DNA from: Bacilli bacterium
GTDB lineage: Bacteria; Bacillota_I; Bacilli_A; RF39; UBA660
Direction: 5' to 3'
Assembly (NCBI GenBank): GCA_017513865.1
Contig: JAFWMN010000011.1
Location: forward strand, 142,752-206,751
DNA length: 64,000 bases
Position numbers and translations under genes: made by a program. Below are positions 1 through 11,546 of this stretch, piece by piece. Under the pieces are notes generated by a model that was not told the origin of the DNA, searched no databases, and was given only the letters and a program-made list of their open reading frames with translations. How positions within the stretch are numbered: the first letter of the stretch is position 1; every line of letters begins with the position of its first letter.

Positions 1-165
1 GTGAAATCACCATATCAAATGACTTAGGCTATTCACGTCGTTAGCTAAAAAGCTACCTTGGGTTATTTTTTCCCCAAGCACAAACACTATAGTCATCACA
101 GACTATGCAAGTATGGACTTTCCTCTACATTATTAAAATGCAGCGTTTGCCAAAATATTATCTGT
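1..165 (-). ncRNA. rnpB: RNase P RNA, type B (5' portion; runs off the window start)
   Basis: The minus strand reads GGCAAACGCTGC...GTAGAGGAAAGTCCATACTTGCA...GATGACTATAGTG. This matches the B. subtilis-type P2/P3/CR-I (GAGGAAAGUCCAUGC) region. It lies directly downstream of gpsB, the usual Bacillota synteny. The 5' end is approximate. Confidence 0.92.
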
Positions 166-481
166 TTTCGTAAACTATTTTTTCGAGATTAGAAAGACGT
201 CTCAACAAATCAGCATTAGATACATCATTATTACCAGATTCACGAAGAACATCAAGTTTAGTTCTAGCATTTCTTACTTCTTGTTTTAATCTTATATTTT
301 CATCAATTAAACTTTTCTTTTCTTTTTCAAGTTCTTTCACAACTGAAATCATTTCTTCATAATCACTAATTACGGCATCTAAAAACTTGTCAACTTCTTG
401 TGGTCTATATCCACGAGTATCAATTTTAAATTCTTTTTCTAAAATATCTTTAGGTGTCAAAAGTAATCTTTCTTGTAACAT
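158..481 (-). CDS. gpsB: Cell division regulator GpsB (DivIVA domain)
   Basis: N-terminal LTPKDILEKEFK...RGY..QEVDKFLD DivIVA motif, coiled coil, C-terminal DLLRRLSNLEKIVY, and adjacency to rnpB. Confidence 0.9.
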   Translation of the reverse strand: MLQERLLLTPKDILEKEFKIDTRGYRPQEVDKFLDAVISDYEEMISVVKELEKEKKSLIDENIRLKQEVRNARTKLDVLRESGNNDVSNADLLRRLSNLEKIVYENR

Positions 482-593
482 AGCTTACCTTCTTTCTACA
501 AAAATATTTTCTCAAAAAAATACTAGTTTGTCAATTAAAAGAAAAATTGCCTCCATCAACAAAAAATATCCACAATAACCATTGTTAAATTAA

Positions 594-1757
594 CTAATCT
601 CTGAAAAATATATCTCTAGTATAAACTTTTCCATTCATTTTAACAACATTTTCATCTACTCTATTTGCTAAAACCACATCAGTAATTTCATCAAATTCTT
701 CAAATGATTTAATAACATCACAATCATTAAATTTAGGTGATTCAAGTGTTGGCTCGTATATCAAAACTTTAATATTTTTACTTTTTATTCTATCGATGAT
801 TCCTTGTATTGCACTAGTCCTAAAATTATCTGACCCACTTTTCATCGTAAGTCTATAAATACCAACACAATTAGGCTTTTTACTAACAATTTTATCGGCA
901 ATATAATCTTTTCTTGTATCATTAGATTTAACAATAGCCCCCATCAGGTTTTGAGGAACATTATCATAATTAGTTAAAAGCTGCTTCGTATCTTTTGGAA
1001 GACAGTATCCCCCATAACCAAATGAAGGATTATTATAATGATTCCCTATTCTTGGATCCAAACATACACCACGAATAATATCACTAGTATTTAAACCTTT
1101 GATTTCAGCAAACGTATCAAGTTCATTAAAATAAGCAACTCTCAAAGCTAAATAAGTATTAGAAAATAATTTAACCGCTTCAGCTTCCGTTGAATCCATA
1201 AACAAAACAGGTGCGTCATTTAAAGCTGCCGCTTTAAGCAAAGAAGCAAATTCTTTAGCTTCATTACTTTTATCACCAATAATAATTCTAGAAGGATATA
1301 AATTATCATATAAAGCCTTCCCCTCTCTTAAAAATTCTGGTGAAAACATAATATTATTAATTTCATACTTTTCTTTAATACTTTTTATAAAACCAACTGG
1401 AACAGTTGATTTAACTACCATTGTTGTGTTAATATTCATACTCCCCACTTTTTTTATTATATCTTCAACACTAGTAGTATCAAAATATCCCGTTTCTTCA
1501 TCATAATTTGTTGGCGTACTTATAATTATATATTTAGCTCCTTCAAAAGCCTCTTTATAATCTAAAGTAGCTTTCAAATTTAAATCAAACTCTTCGAAGC
1601 ATTTTTCAATATATTCATCCTTAATAGGACTTACTCTATTATTAATCATATCAACTTTTTCCGGAACAATATCTAACGTTACCACCTCATTTTTCAAAGA
1701 AAGTAAAGTAGCTAAAGAAAGACCAACATAACCTGCTCCCGCTACTGCTATTTTCAT
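594..1757 (-). CDS. ugd: UDP-glucose 6-dehydrogenase
   Basis: GAGYVG Rossmann motif, SPEFLREG, catalytic GYGGYCLPKD. Confidence 0.95.
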   Translation of the reverse strand: MKIAVAGAGYVGLSLATLLSLKNEVVTLDIVPEKVDMINNRVSPIKDEYIEKCFEEFDLNLKATLDYKEAFEGAKYIIISTPTNYDEETGYFDTTSVEDIIKKVGSMNINTTMVVKSTVPVGFIKSIKEKYEINNIMFSPEFLREGKALYDNLYPSRIIIGDKSNEAKEFASLLKAAALNDAPVLFMDSTEAEAVKLFSNTYLALRVAYFNELDTFAEIKGLNTSDIIRGVCLDPRIGNHYNNPSFGYGGYCLPKDTKQLLTNYDNVPQNLMGAIVKSNDTRKDYIADKIVSKKPNCVGIYRLTMKSGSDNFRTSAIQGIIDRIKSKNIKVLIYEPTLESPKFNDCDVIKSFEEFDEITDVVLANRVDENVVKMNGKVYTRDIFFRD

Positions 1758-1829
1758 ATATCAAACCTCCATTGATTAATATATTATAAATAAAACACAA
1801 TAATAAATCAATAAAAAAAACAAAAAAGA

Positions 1830-3572
1830 CTATTCTAAAATAGCCTTTATTCTTCTAACTCCCGCACTGCTAGATTCTTCTTTCTTAATCTTGAAATGAC
1901 CAAGTTCACCAGTATGTGTAACATGTGGTCCTCCACACAATTCAGAAGAAAAATCACCAATAGAATAAACTGTAACAATATCAGGATACTTTTCAATGAA
2001 CCTACACTCAGCACCTGATTTAACAGCCTCTTCTTTACTCATTTCTTCTTTAGTGACTGGATAATCATCTTCGATCCATTTATTTACTAAATCTTCAACC
2101 TCTTTTTTCTCTAAATCAGTTAATTTATGATCACAAGGAAAATCAAATCTAAGTCTTTCCGTAGTTATATTACTACCCATTTGATATGTTTCCGGACCAA
2201 GGACTTTTTTCAAAGCCGCATTAAGTAAATGTGTTGCTGTATGATATTTGGTCTCGATTTCACTATGACCAAGCAAACCACCTTTAAACATTCCTTGAGA
2301 AGCCGTTCTAGATTTTTCTTGATGTTCTTTAAATTTTTCTTCAAAACCTTTAGTATCAACTTCCATACCTCTTAAAGAAGCTTCTTCAATAGTAAGTTCA
2401 ATTGGAAAACCATAAGTATCATATAATTTGAAAGCGATATCTTTATTAACATAACTCTCATCTTTAATCAACTTATCAAATTCTCTTAATCCCTTTTCTA
2501 ATGTTCTACTAAATTTTTGTTGTTCACTGCTTAAAACATCAAAAATTACATCTTTATTATTGAGTTCAGGATAATATTCACTATATTTCTTAATAATTAA
2601 TTCGGATATTTTTAAAGCAAAATCACCATTTATATCAATATTTATTTTTTTCGCATACCTAATAGCTCTTCTAATAAGTCTTCTTAAAATATAACCTCTA
2701 TCAGTATTACTAGGTTTAACTCCTGCTGGATCAGCTATTATAAAAGTTGCCGTTCTAATATGATCAGCTATAATTCGCATTTCCTTTTCATTACCCTCAT
2801 ATGGTAATTTAGCAATATCCGAAATTAAATCAATAACATCTTTCCAAACTGAAGATTTATAATTGTCATTAACATTCTCAATTACTGTAATTATTCGTTC
2901 AAGCCCCATACCAGTATCAACATTTTTTGAAGAAAGTTCGGTTATATTTCCTTTTTCATCTTGATAAAATTCCATAAATACATTATTCCAAATTTCAACC
3001 CATCTATCATCATCGGGATCAAAATTAGTAGGAGCTTCCTCATCACTTCTAAAATAAAATATTTCTGTATCGCCACCACATGGACCACTGTCACCAGCTA
3101 TCCAAAAATTATCATCTTTACCTAAATAAGCAATTCTTTCTTTAGGTATCCCAAGGTCTAACCACCTTTTAGCTGATACTTCATCACGAGGAATTTTATC
3201 ATCGCCCTCAAAAACAGTTACAGCTAATTTGTTAACAGGTATTTTTAAAACTTTAGTTAAAAAATCAAAACTATACTCAATTGATTCATTTTTAAAATAA
3301 TCACCTAAACTCCAGTTTCCGAGCATTTCAAAAAAAGTATGATGAGTTGTATCACCTATTTCATCTAAATCAGTAAGTCTTACACATTTTTGATAATCAC
3401 ATAGTCTTTTCCCGTAAGGATGCTTTTCGCCCATTAGATAAGGAATTAATGGTTGCATGCCAGCTGTATTAAATAAAACAGTTGAATCATTTTCAGGGAC
3501 TAATGGACTACTAGGAATTTGTTTGTGACCATTATCTACAAAAAATTTTATATATTCTTCTCTAATATTCAT
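1830..3572 (-). CDS. alaS: Alanine--tRNA ligase, short form (aminoacylation and editing domains, no C-Ala)
   Basis: LFNTAGMQP, HHTFFEMLGNWS, VDTGMGLER, ADHIRT, and editing motifs HTATHLL and ELCGGPHV. Length 580 aa. Confidence 0.95.
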   Translation of the reverse strand: MNIREEYIKFFVDNGHKQIPSSPLVPENDSTVLFNTAGMQPLIPYLMGEKHPYGKRLCDYQKCVRLTDLDEIGDTTHHTFFEMLGNWSLGDYFKNESIEYSFDFLTKVLKIPVNKLAVTVFEGDDKIPRDEVSAKRWLDLGIPKERIAYLGKDDNFWIAGDSGPCGGDTEIFYFRSDEEAPTNFDPDDDRWVEIWNNVFMEFYQDEKGNITELSSKNVDTGMGLERIITVIENVNDNYKSSVWKDVIDLISDIAKLPYEGNEKEMRIIADHIRTATFIIADPAGVKPSNTDRGYILRRLIRRAIRYAKKINIDINGDFALKISELIIKKYSEYYPELNNKDVIFDVLSSEQQKFSRTLEKGLREFDKLIKDESYVNKDIAFKLYDTYGFPIELTIEEASLRGMEVDTKGFEEKFKEHQEKSRTASQGMFKGGLLGHSEIETKYHTATHLLNAALKKVLGPETYQMGSNITTERLRFDFPCDHKLTDLEKKEVEDLVNKWIEDDYPVTKEEMSKEEAVKSGAECRFIEKYPDIVTVYSIGDFSSELCGGPHVTHTGELGHFKIKKEESSSAGVRRIKAILE

Positions 3573-4101
3573 GTTCTACCTTCTTTACTATATCTTGCAC
3601 TTTTTTCTCTAAATCGGCAATTGTTTTATCATTTTCTAAAATAAAATCAAAATTATCATAATTATCAAGAGCTATTTCCGTTGGATGATTCTGTTGTTTT
3701 TTTGTTAAAGGACTTTTAAAATTAGTCCTGATAACTTTAATAGAAATAACCTTATCAAACAACTTTTTAGGAAACTCTATTTCATTTGGAAATCTTGCAT
3801 CAGAAATAGTAATAATATCAAAGTAATAACTATAAACTTTTATGTCATCACATAATCTTTTAACAAAAAAATCTTTATCTATTTTATCACGGACAATGTC
3901 TGTGCCAAGTGTCTGTAAAAGCTCCCTAGGTTTTCCTTCTTCAGAACCATCCCAGCCACTTATTTTCTTTGCAAATTCTTTAATGTAATTACCATAAGCT
4001 AAATTAATTACTTTTTTATCTTTATACGCTTTTTTAATAGCTAAAGCTGTTGTATCTTTACCATGACGTGCTTTACCAGCAATCACATAAATTCTTTCCA
4101 T
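3562..4101 (-). CDS. P-loop NMP-kinase-fold protein (phage dNMP kinase / animal phosphomevalonate kinase-like)
   Basis: GKARHGKD P-loop, RELLQTLGT, ISDARFPNE, HPTEIALDNYDNFDFILEND. Confidence 0.65.
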   Translation of the reverse strand: MERIYVIAGKARHGKDTTALAIKKAYKDKKVINLAYGNYIKEFAKKISGWDGSEEGKPRELLQTLGTDIVRDKIDKDFFVKRLCDDIKVYSYYFDIITISDARFPNEIEFPKKLFDKVISIKVIRTNFKSPLTKKQQNHPTEIALDNYDNFDFILENDKTIADLEKKVQDIVKKVEHEY

Positions 4102-4129
4102 AAAAAGCCCTCCTTAAAGAAAAATCACG

Positions 4130-5284
4130 CTATATTAATTCGTGACCTTCTTCTTCTTTTTTGATAATTCCATATCGTTCATCATAAAACTTAAATATTG
4201 TTTTAACTGTTGATATTAAAGGTGTCGAAACAAGCATACCTATAATACCAAAAAAATAACCAAAAATCAAAAGTCCAAGCATAATTGTAACAGGGTGCAA
4301 TTTCGTTGTTTTTGACATAATAAGTGGTTGCAAAAAATTACCTTCCAAAAATTGAATCACGGCAATCACAACTAAAGATAAAATACCAATCATTGGATTC
4401 TGTGTAAAACCAACAATAACTGCCGGAGCTCCACCAATATAAGGTCCAGCATAAGGTATAATATTGGTAAGACCGCAAAAAAGACCAAATAAAGCTGGAA
4501 CTTTTAAACCCACCATCCAAAGACCAAGAGATGAAAGTAAAAATATAATTCCACAATCAATAATTGCCCCTCTAACATAACTTCTAAGTGATACATTAAC
4601 ACTATCTAAAAGTTCCACAGTAGTTTCTCTATATTTTTTAGGAATAAAGTTAAATAATTTAGAACTACTATCAAAGTTTACAATCAAGAAAAAGCCAATA
4701 ATAAGTCCCAAAATAAATGTTCCAAAAAACGAAAACATTTTAGAAATAAATCCGATAAAATTTTGTGGCATTGTCGTTGTAACATCAGCCATAAATGATT
4801 CAGCTGAAGCAAAAAAATGTGCTTTTATATTAGAAACATCAATAAGTTCATTACTTTCAAAATGATTAAGAAAATCACTGCCCCAACCTTTAACTGTAAC
4901 AAAAACCCCAGGAACCATATTAATAAATTCCTTAACTTGATCAATCAAAAGCGGAATTAAAGATGATAAAATCAAAAATAAACAGAAAAATAATATCGCA
5001 TATGTTATTATTGCTCCCCAAATTCTTCCAATTTTTTTAGACTCTAAATATGATACAAAAGGATCAAAAAGCCATGCGATTACAAGCCCAATAAAAAGAG
5101 GAAAAACAACTTTTAAAAGTGTTATTAAAAAACTTAAAATCTTAGTTTCTTTAAATAATCTTAATAATATATAAAAAGCTAAAGCAATAAGTAGCAAATA
5201 TAAAACCTTAAGTACCCTAGCCGATAAATCAGTTACTTCGTTTATTTTTTTTACATTTATTTTTTTACCAAACATTATATCCAC
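4130..5284 (-). CDS. AI-2E family transporter (PerM/YrrI-like)
   Basis: Multi-TM protein with NIIPYAGPYIG, QFLEGNFLQPLIM and LHPVTIMLGLLIFG motifs. Confidence 0.9.
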   Translation of the reverse strand: MDIMFGKKINVKKINEVTDLSARVLKVLYLLLIALAFYILLRLFKETKILSFLITLLKVVFPLFIGLVIAWLFDPFVSYLESKKIGRIWGAIITYAILFFCLFLILSSLIPLLIDQVKEFINMVPGVFVTVKGWGSDFLNHFESNELIDVSNIKAHFFASAESFMADVTTTMPQNFIGFISKMFSFFGTFILGLIIGFFLIVNFDSSSKLFNFIPKKYRETTVELLDSVNVSLRSYVRGAIIDCGIIFLLSSLGLWMVGLKVPALFGLFCGLTNIIPYAGPYIGGAPAVIVGFTQNPMIGILSLVVIAVIQFLEGNFLQPLIMSKTTKLHPVTIMLGLLIFGYFFGIIGMLVSTPLISTVKTIFKFYDERYGIIKKEEEGHELI

Positions 5285-5830
5285 CTATACACTAAGTAAA
5301 TCTTTTTCTTTTTCACTTAATTTTTCATCAACAATTTTATTATATTTGTTTATTAATTCTTGAATATCATCAGTTAATCCATCTTTATCATCATCAGTAA
5401 GTTCTTCATTTTTCTTTATATCATTATTCGCATCTTGTCTAATTGTTCTAAGATTAATTTTACAATCTTCGGCAATTTGTTTTACTTCTTTTACATAACC
5501 TTTCCTTGTTTCTTCAGTTAAAGCTGGAATATTTAAAATTATAACTTCTCCATTATTATTTGGAGTTAATCCAACATTAGCTTCATAAATGCCTTTTTCA
5601 ATATCACTTAAACAATTTCTATCAAAAGGTTTAATCATAAGTTGTCTTGCTTCAGGAACTGAAACTGTAGCTAAACTTTTAAGTGGTGTTGGTGTCCCAT
5701 AATATGTAACCATCACCCCATCTAAAATAGCTGGATTAGCTCTACCTGCTCTAACATTTGTAAAACGTTTTTCCATATTTTCAATTGCTTTTTCCATTTT
5801 CTCTTCTGTTAAAACTATAATATCATCCAT
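5285..5830 (-). CDS. frr: Ribosome recycling factor
   Basis: RAGRANPAILD, IPALTEETRK, IRQDAN. Start reassigned to ATG at 5830 (MDDIIV) behind AAAGGA. Confidence 0.95.
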   Translation of the reverse strand: MDDIIVLTEEKMEKAIENMEKRFTNVRAGRANPAILDGVMVTYYGTPTPLKSLATVSVPEARQLMIKPFDRNCLSDIEKGIYEANVGLTPNNNGEVIILNIPALTEETRKGYVKEVKQIAEDCKINLRTIRQDANNDIKKNEELTDDDKDGLTDDIQELINKYNKIVDEKLSEKEKDLLSV

Positions 5831-6045
5831 AAAATCATCCTTTCTGAACGTATATACAAACCTGTATATCACTAATATAAATATATCACAAAACGCTTTT
5901 AAAATCACTATTTTTTTTATTTTAAATTATTTTGCACATATATATCCAAATGATAAAATATAAAACCAACAGAAGAGGTGGAATAATGTTTGAAATAGAT
6001 CATTTTATGAAATAATAAACACTACTAAAAAAACTAATAAAATTA

Positions 6046-6069
6046 AAAAGACTTATTAATAAGTCTTTT
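6046..6069. terminator. Palindromic, probably bidirectional, intrinsic terminator
   Basis: AAAAGACTTAT-TA-ATAAGTCTTTT perfect inverted repeat at the 3' end of the 6056..6703 gene. Confidence 0.65.
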
Positions 6070-6703
6070 GTGCATATTCCTCTACTTTTTTTCTTCTTTT
6101 TACAAGATTTCTAGCCATTTGTTCTTTTTTAGAAACAATTTCTATCTCTTCTCTGGTTTCTTCCAATGTGATCTTGTCTTTCATAAAAATGATAGTTTCT
6201 TCTAAAGATAATGATTTTAAACTTTTCTTTTCTCTATATCCACAATAAACTTCTATTTCTTTAAAATTATTAATTTTAAAATAATCATTTATCTTTTTAA
6301 TAGAATCATACAATTCAAATAATTTACTATACTGAAATTTATTTATTTCATTAGGAAGATACACAATTATATAAAATAAAGACAAATCTTTACTATACAT
6401 GTATTGAATACAAATATCATTATATCTATAAACCATTTCATGCCATTCTCCATTAGTCACTTCGTAAACATCATTATAATCATCATATAAGGTAAATAAA
6501 ATACATTCAGTTGTCGTTTGATGTAAATACCTTGAAAAACAAGTAAACGATTGCTTAGGTGTTATCATACCTATCGCACAACTCTTTCTTTCATCGGAAA
6601 ATTCATCTTGCAAACAAAAATCATATATATTAAATATTTTATCCTGATTATTTATTTCTCTAGCCATTTCTTCTCTTGAATATAAATCATCAATTGCGAT
6701 CAA
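6056..6703 (-). CDS. Hypothetical protein
   Basis: 215-aa ORF with RBS GAGGTG and no recognised family. Confidence 0.6.
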   Translation of the reverse strand: MIAIDDLYSREEMAREINNQDKIFNIYDFCLQDEFSDERKSCAIGMITPKQSFTCFSRYLHQTTTECILFTLYDDYNDVYEVTNGEWHEMVYRYNDICIQYMYSKDLSLFYIIVYLPNEINKFQYSKLFELYDSIKKINDYFKINNFKEIEVYCGYREKKSLKSLSLEETIIFMKDKITLEETREEIEIVSKKEQMARNLVKRRKKVEEYAQKTY

Positions 6704-6757
6704 AATATCACCTCTCGGAGTGGTATTTTAACATTTAAATAAAAAAAAGTAAAGAAA

Positions 6758-7879
6758 TTATAAGTATTTCTTCACTCTATCGAATTCTTTTTCTTTATTT
6801 AAATCCGTATTAGACAAAGATTCAAATAGTTTTTTCTGCTCTCTATCCAATTTTCTAGGAATAACGATATTTAATGTAATGTACATATCCCCTTTTCTCC
6901 TGTAATTAACATCAGAAATCCCTTTACCTTTTAATCTTAAAATATCTCCGTTTTGACTACCAGCTGGAATATTAACTTTAACTGATCCTTCTAATGTTGG
7001 AACTTCTTTTTTACAGCCAAGTACCGCTTCTGTTATATCAATAGGAAATTCTAAATGGATATCATTAGCATCCCTTACAAATAAAGGATGTTTTTTTACT
7101 TTAAATTCTAAATATATATCACCATTAGGTCCACCATTTACACCAGCTTCCCCTTTACCAGCTATTCTAAGTTGATTTCCTGTATCAACTCCTTCAGGAA
7201 TTTTAACTTCAATATCTTTATTAGTTCTAACTCTTCCTTTCCCATGACATTTCGTGCAGGTTTCTTCAAAAATTTCTCCACGACCACCACATTTAGAACA
7301 TGTGGTTTGTGTCATAAAAGCCCCAAATAAAGTTTGTTGTCTAGAAGACACTGTTCCTGTTCCATTACAATTGTCACATTTTTTAGTGCCATGTCCTCCT
7401 TTTCCATCACAGTCATCACATTTTTCATTTAGATTAAGATTTATCGTTTTTTTAGTACCAAAAACAGCTTCTTCAAAATCTAAATCAACTTTAACAACTG
7501 TATCTCTTCCCTTTTGCGGCCTTTTGGAGTTTCTGCCACCAAAACCACTAAAACCATCGAATGAAGAAAAACCACCAAAAGAACCACCGAATAAATCGCT
7601 AAATATATCGCTAAAATCAAAGCCAGAAAAATCAAAGCCACCTTGACCAGAAGCTCCACTAAAAGCAGCATGTCCAAACTGATCATATTGTCTTCTTTTG
7701 TCAGCATCAGATAAAACTGCATAAGCCTCTTGAGCTTCTTTAAACTTTTCGGCTGCATCAGGTTCTTTAGAAACATCAGGATGATATTTTTTAGCAAGTT
7801 TTCTAAAAGCACTTTTTATTTCTGTTTCACTAGCATCCTTAGAAACACCTAAGACCTCATAATAATCTTTCTTATCCAT
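6758..7879 (-). CDS. dnaJ: Chaperone DnaJ
   Basis: J domain with HPD, G/F-rich region, four CxxCxGxG repeats, C-terminal domain. Confidence 0.97.
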   Translation of the reverse strand: MDKKDYYEVLGVSKDASETEIKSAFRKLAKKYHPDVSKEPDAAEKFKEAQEAYAVLSDADKRRQYDQFGHAAFSGASGQGGFDFSGFDFSDIFSDLFGGSFGGFSSFDGFSGFGGRNSKRPQKGRDTVVKVDLDFEEAVFGTKKTINLNLNEKCDDCDGKGGHGTKKCDNCNGTGTVSSRQQTLFGAFMTQTTCSKCGGRGEIFEETCTKCHGKGRVRTNKDIEVKIPEGVDTGNQLRIAGKGEAGVNGGPNGDIYLEFKVKKHPLFVRDANDIHLEFPIDITEAVLGCKKEVPTLEGSVKVNIPAGSQNGDILRLKGKGISDVNYRRKGDMYITLNIVIPRKLDREQKKLFESLSNTDLNKEKEFDRVKKYL

Positions 7880-7888
7880 TTATTTCAC

Positions 7889-9676
7889 CTACTTTTTGTA
7901 TAATTCTTTAAACTCTTTAATAGTATCTTTAAACATATCCATCGCACTTTGAATAACCTCTGGATCACTTATATCAACGCCAGCCACCTTAAGTTCATCC
8001 ACTGGATCCATTGTTCCACCCAAAGTTAAAAATTTTAAATATTTTTCTAGTGCATCTTTTTTCCCAGAAAGAATGTTGCTGGCAATATAACATGCCGAAG
8101 CTAAACCAGTCGCATATTGATATACATAAAAATTATAATAAAAATGCGGTATTCTTTCCCATTCATATCTAATTTCAGGATCAGATATCATAACATCACC
8201 AGAATATTTTTTATAAAGATCATAATATGTATCAGACAAAAATTTACTTGTTAATACTTTACCACTATTTTCACTTTCATGTGTTATTTTTTCAAATTCA
8301 GCAAACATAGTTTGTCTTACAATAGAACCCTTAAACAGTTCCATTAAACTATCCAAAATATTTAATTTTTCTAATTTATTATCAGTATGCTCAATTAAAT
8401 ATCTAGCCAAAATAATTTCATTAACTTGAGAAGCTACTTCAGCCACAAATATCTTATAATGATGATAAATATAAGGATTATTCTTAATTGAATAATATGT
8501 ATGCATTGAATGACCAAGTTCATGAGCTAATGTTGAAACATCATGAAATTTACCATTAAAATTAAGTAATACAAATGGATTTGAAGTATAACAACCAGCA
8601 GAATAAGCCCCGCCTCTTTTACCTATATTAGGATAAATATCGATCCACTTATCTGTAAAGGCTTTTTGTAAAACATTTGTATAATCTTTGCCAAGAATAG
8701 AAAGAGATTTAATTATAATATCCTTAGCCTCATCAAATGTATATTTCTTATCAGATTCGCTTATTAAAGGTGCATATATATCATATATATGTGTTTCTTC
8801 CAGACCTAAAACTTCTTTTTTCAAAGCATAATAATCATTCATAATACTCAAATTTTTATGAAGAGTATCTATCAAATTATCATATATTTTACTATCAATA
8901 TTACCACCAAATAAAGCCGCTTCTCGAGCATCTTTATACCCTCTTATTTTAGCATTTATATTATTATATTTTACATAACTACTATAAGCTGAAGCAAAAG
9001 TGTTTTGCATGTTAGAAAACTGCTTATAATAAGTATAAAAAGCCTTTTTCCTAACATCTCTATTTTTATCAGCAATATATAATGAATAATTATTATTAGT
9101 AAGTTCTATTTCTTTTCCTTCGCCATTAGTAATTTTTCCAAACTTAATATCCGAATCACACAAATAAGAAGGAATTTCTTCCAAAGCTGAAAGCGGACTT
9201 GATAAAAGAGAAATTAATTTTTCTTTTTCTGATGACAAAACATGCGGTTTTACTCTAAGTAAATTTCTAAATTCCCATCTATAAAGTTCTAATTTAGGTA
9301 ATTCTTTTATAAATTTATTAACATCTTCTTCTGTAAGTTTCATAAGTTCTGGAACAACAAATGACGTTACTTCAGAAATATTAGTCATTAACTTATCAAG
9401 TTTTCCACTTATCTCTTGATACTTAAAATCAGTTATATCTTCATCAAATTTACGTGCTGAATAATTATAAACAGCTTCATATTTTTTAGAGAACTCTTCA
9501 TCAAAGATAAAAAAATCATAAATATCTTTAGCATTATTAAGTTTCCCTTCAAACTCACTATATTTCTTATAATTGTTAGTTAAATAATCAAAATCTTTAT
9601 TAAAATCCTCTAAATTTTTATACAAACTAGATAAATCCCATTTGGCATCTTCTGGTACTTCTGATCTTTTTTTCAT
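7889..9676 (-). CDS. pepF: Oligoendopeptidase F (M3B)
   Basis: HELGHSMH zinc motif, FVAEVAS, KRGGAYS, WERIPHFYYNFYVYQYATG. Confidence 0.95.
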   Translation of the reverse strand: MKKRSEVPEDAKWDLSSLYKNLEDFNKDFDYLTNNYKKYSEFEGKLNNAKDIYDFFIFDEEFSKKYEAVYNYSARKFDEDITDFKYQEISGKLDKLMTNISEVTSFVVPELMKLTEEDVNKFIKELPKLELYRWEFRNLLRVKPHVLSSEKEKLISLLSSPLSALEEIPSYLCDSDIKFGKITNGEGKEIELTNNNYSLYIADKNRDVRKKAFYTYYKQFSNMQNTFASAYSSYVKYNNINAKIRGYKDAREAALFGGNIDSKIYDNLIDTLHKNLSIMNDYYALKKEVLGLEETHIYDIYAPLISESDKKYTFDEAKDIIIKSLSILGKDYTNVLQKAFTDKWIDIYPNIGKRGGAYSAGCYTSNPFVLLNFNGKFHDVSTLAHELGHSMHTYYSIKNNPYIYHHYKIFVAEVASQVNEIILARYLIEHTDNKLEKLNILDSLMELFKGSIVRQTMFAEFEKITHESENSGKVLTSKFLSDTYYDLYKKYSGDVMISDPEIRYEWERIPHFYYNFYVYQYATGLASACYIASNILSGKKDALEKYLKFLTLGGTMDPVDELKVAGVDISDPEVIQSAMDMFKDTIKEFKELYKK

Positions 9677-9692
9677 AAAATATTCCTTTCAT

Positions 9693-9720
9693 AAAGAGAA
9701 AGTTCTAGCTAACTAGAACT

Positions 9721-9722
<2 letters not shown>
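9693..9722 (-). terminator. Stem-loop after dnaK (terminator or mRNA stabiliser)
   Basis: AAGTTCTAG-TTAG-CTAGAACTT followed by TCTCTTT on the minus strand. Confidence 0.55.
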
Positions 9723-11535
<1,813 letters not shown>

Positions 11536-11546
11536 TCATTCCTTTC

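Noticed and set aside
594-1757. Capsule/EPS biosynthesis cluster around ugd
   Set aside because: ugd is solitary between alaS and gpsB, with no glycosyltransferase, flippase or polymerase genes nearby.
5831-5908. N-terminal extension of frr given by the ORF track (likewise the extensions of ligA, the vWA gene, 39993..40583 and 41402..42979)
   Set aside because: RBS position, stop/start coupling and family length support the downstream ATGs.
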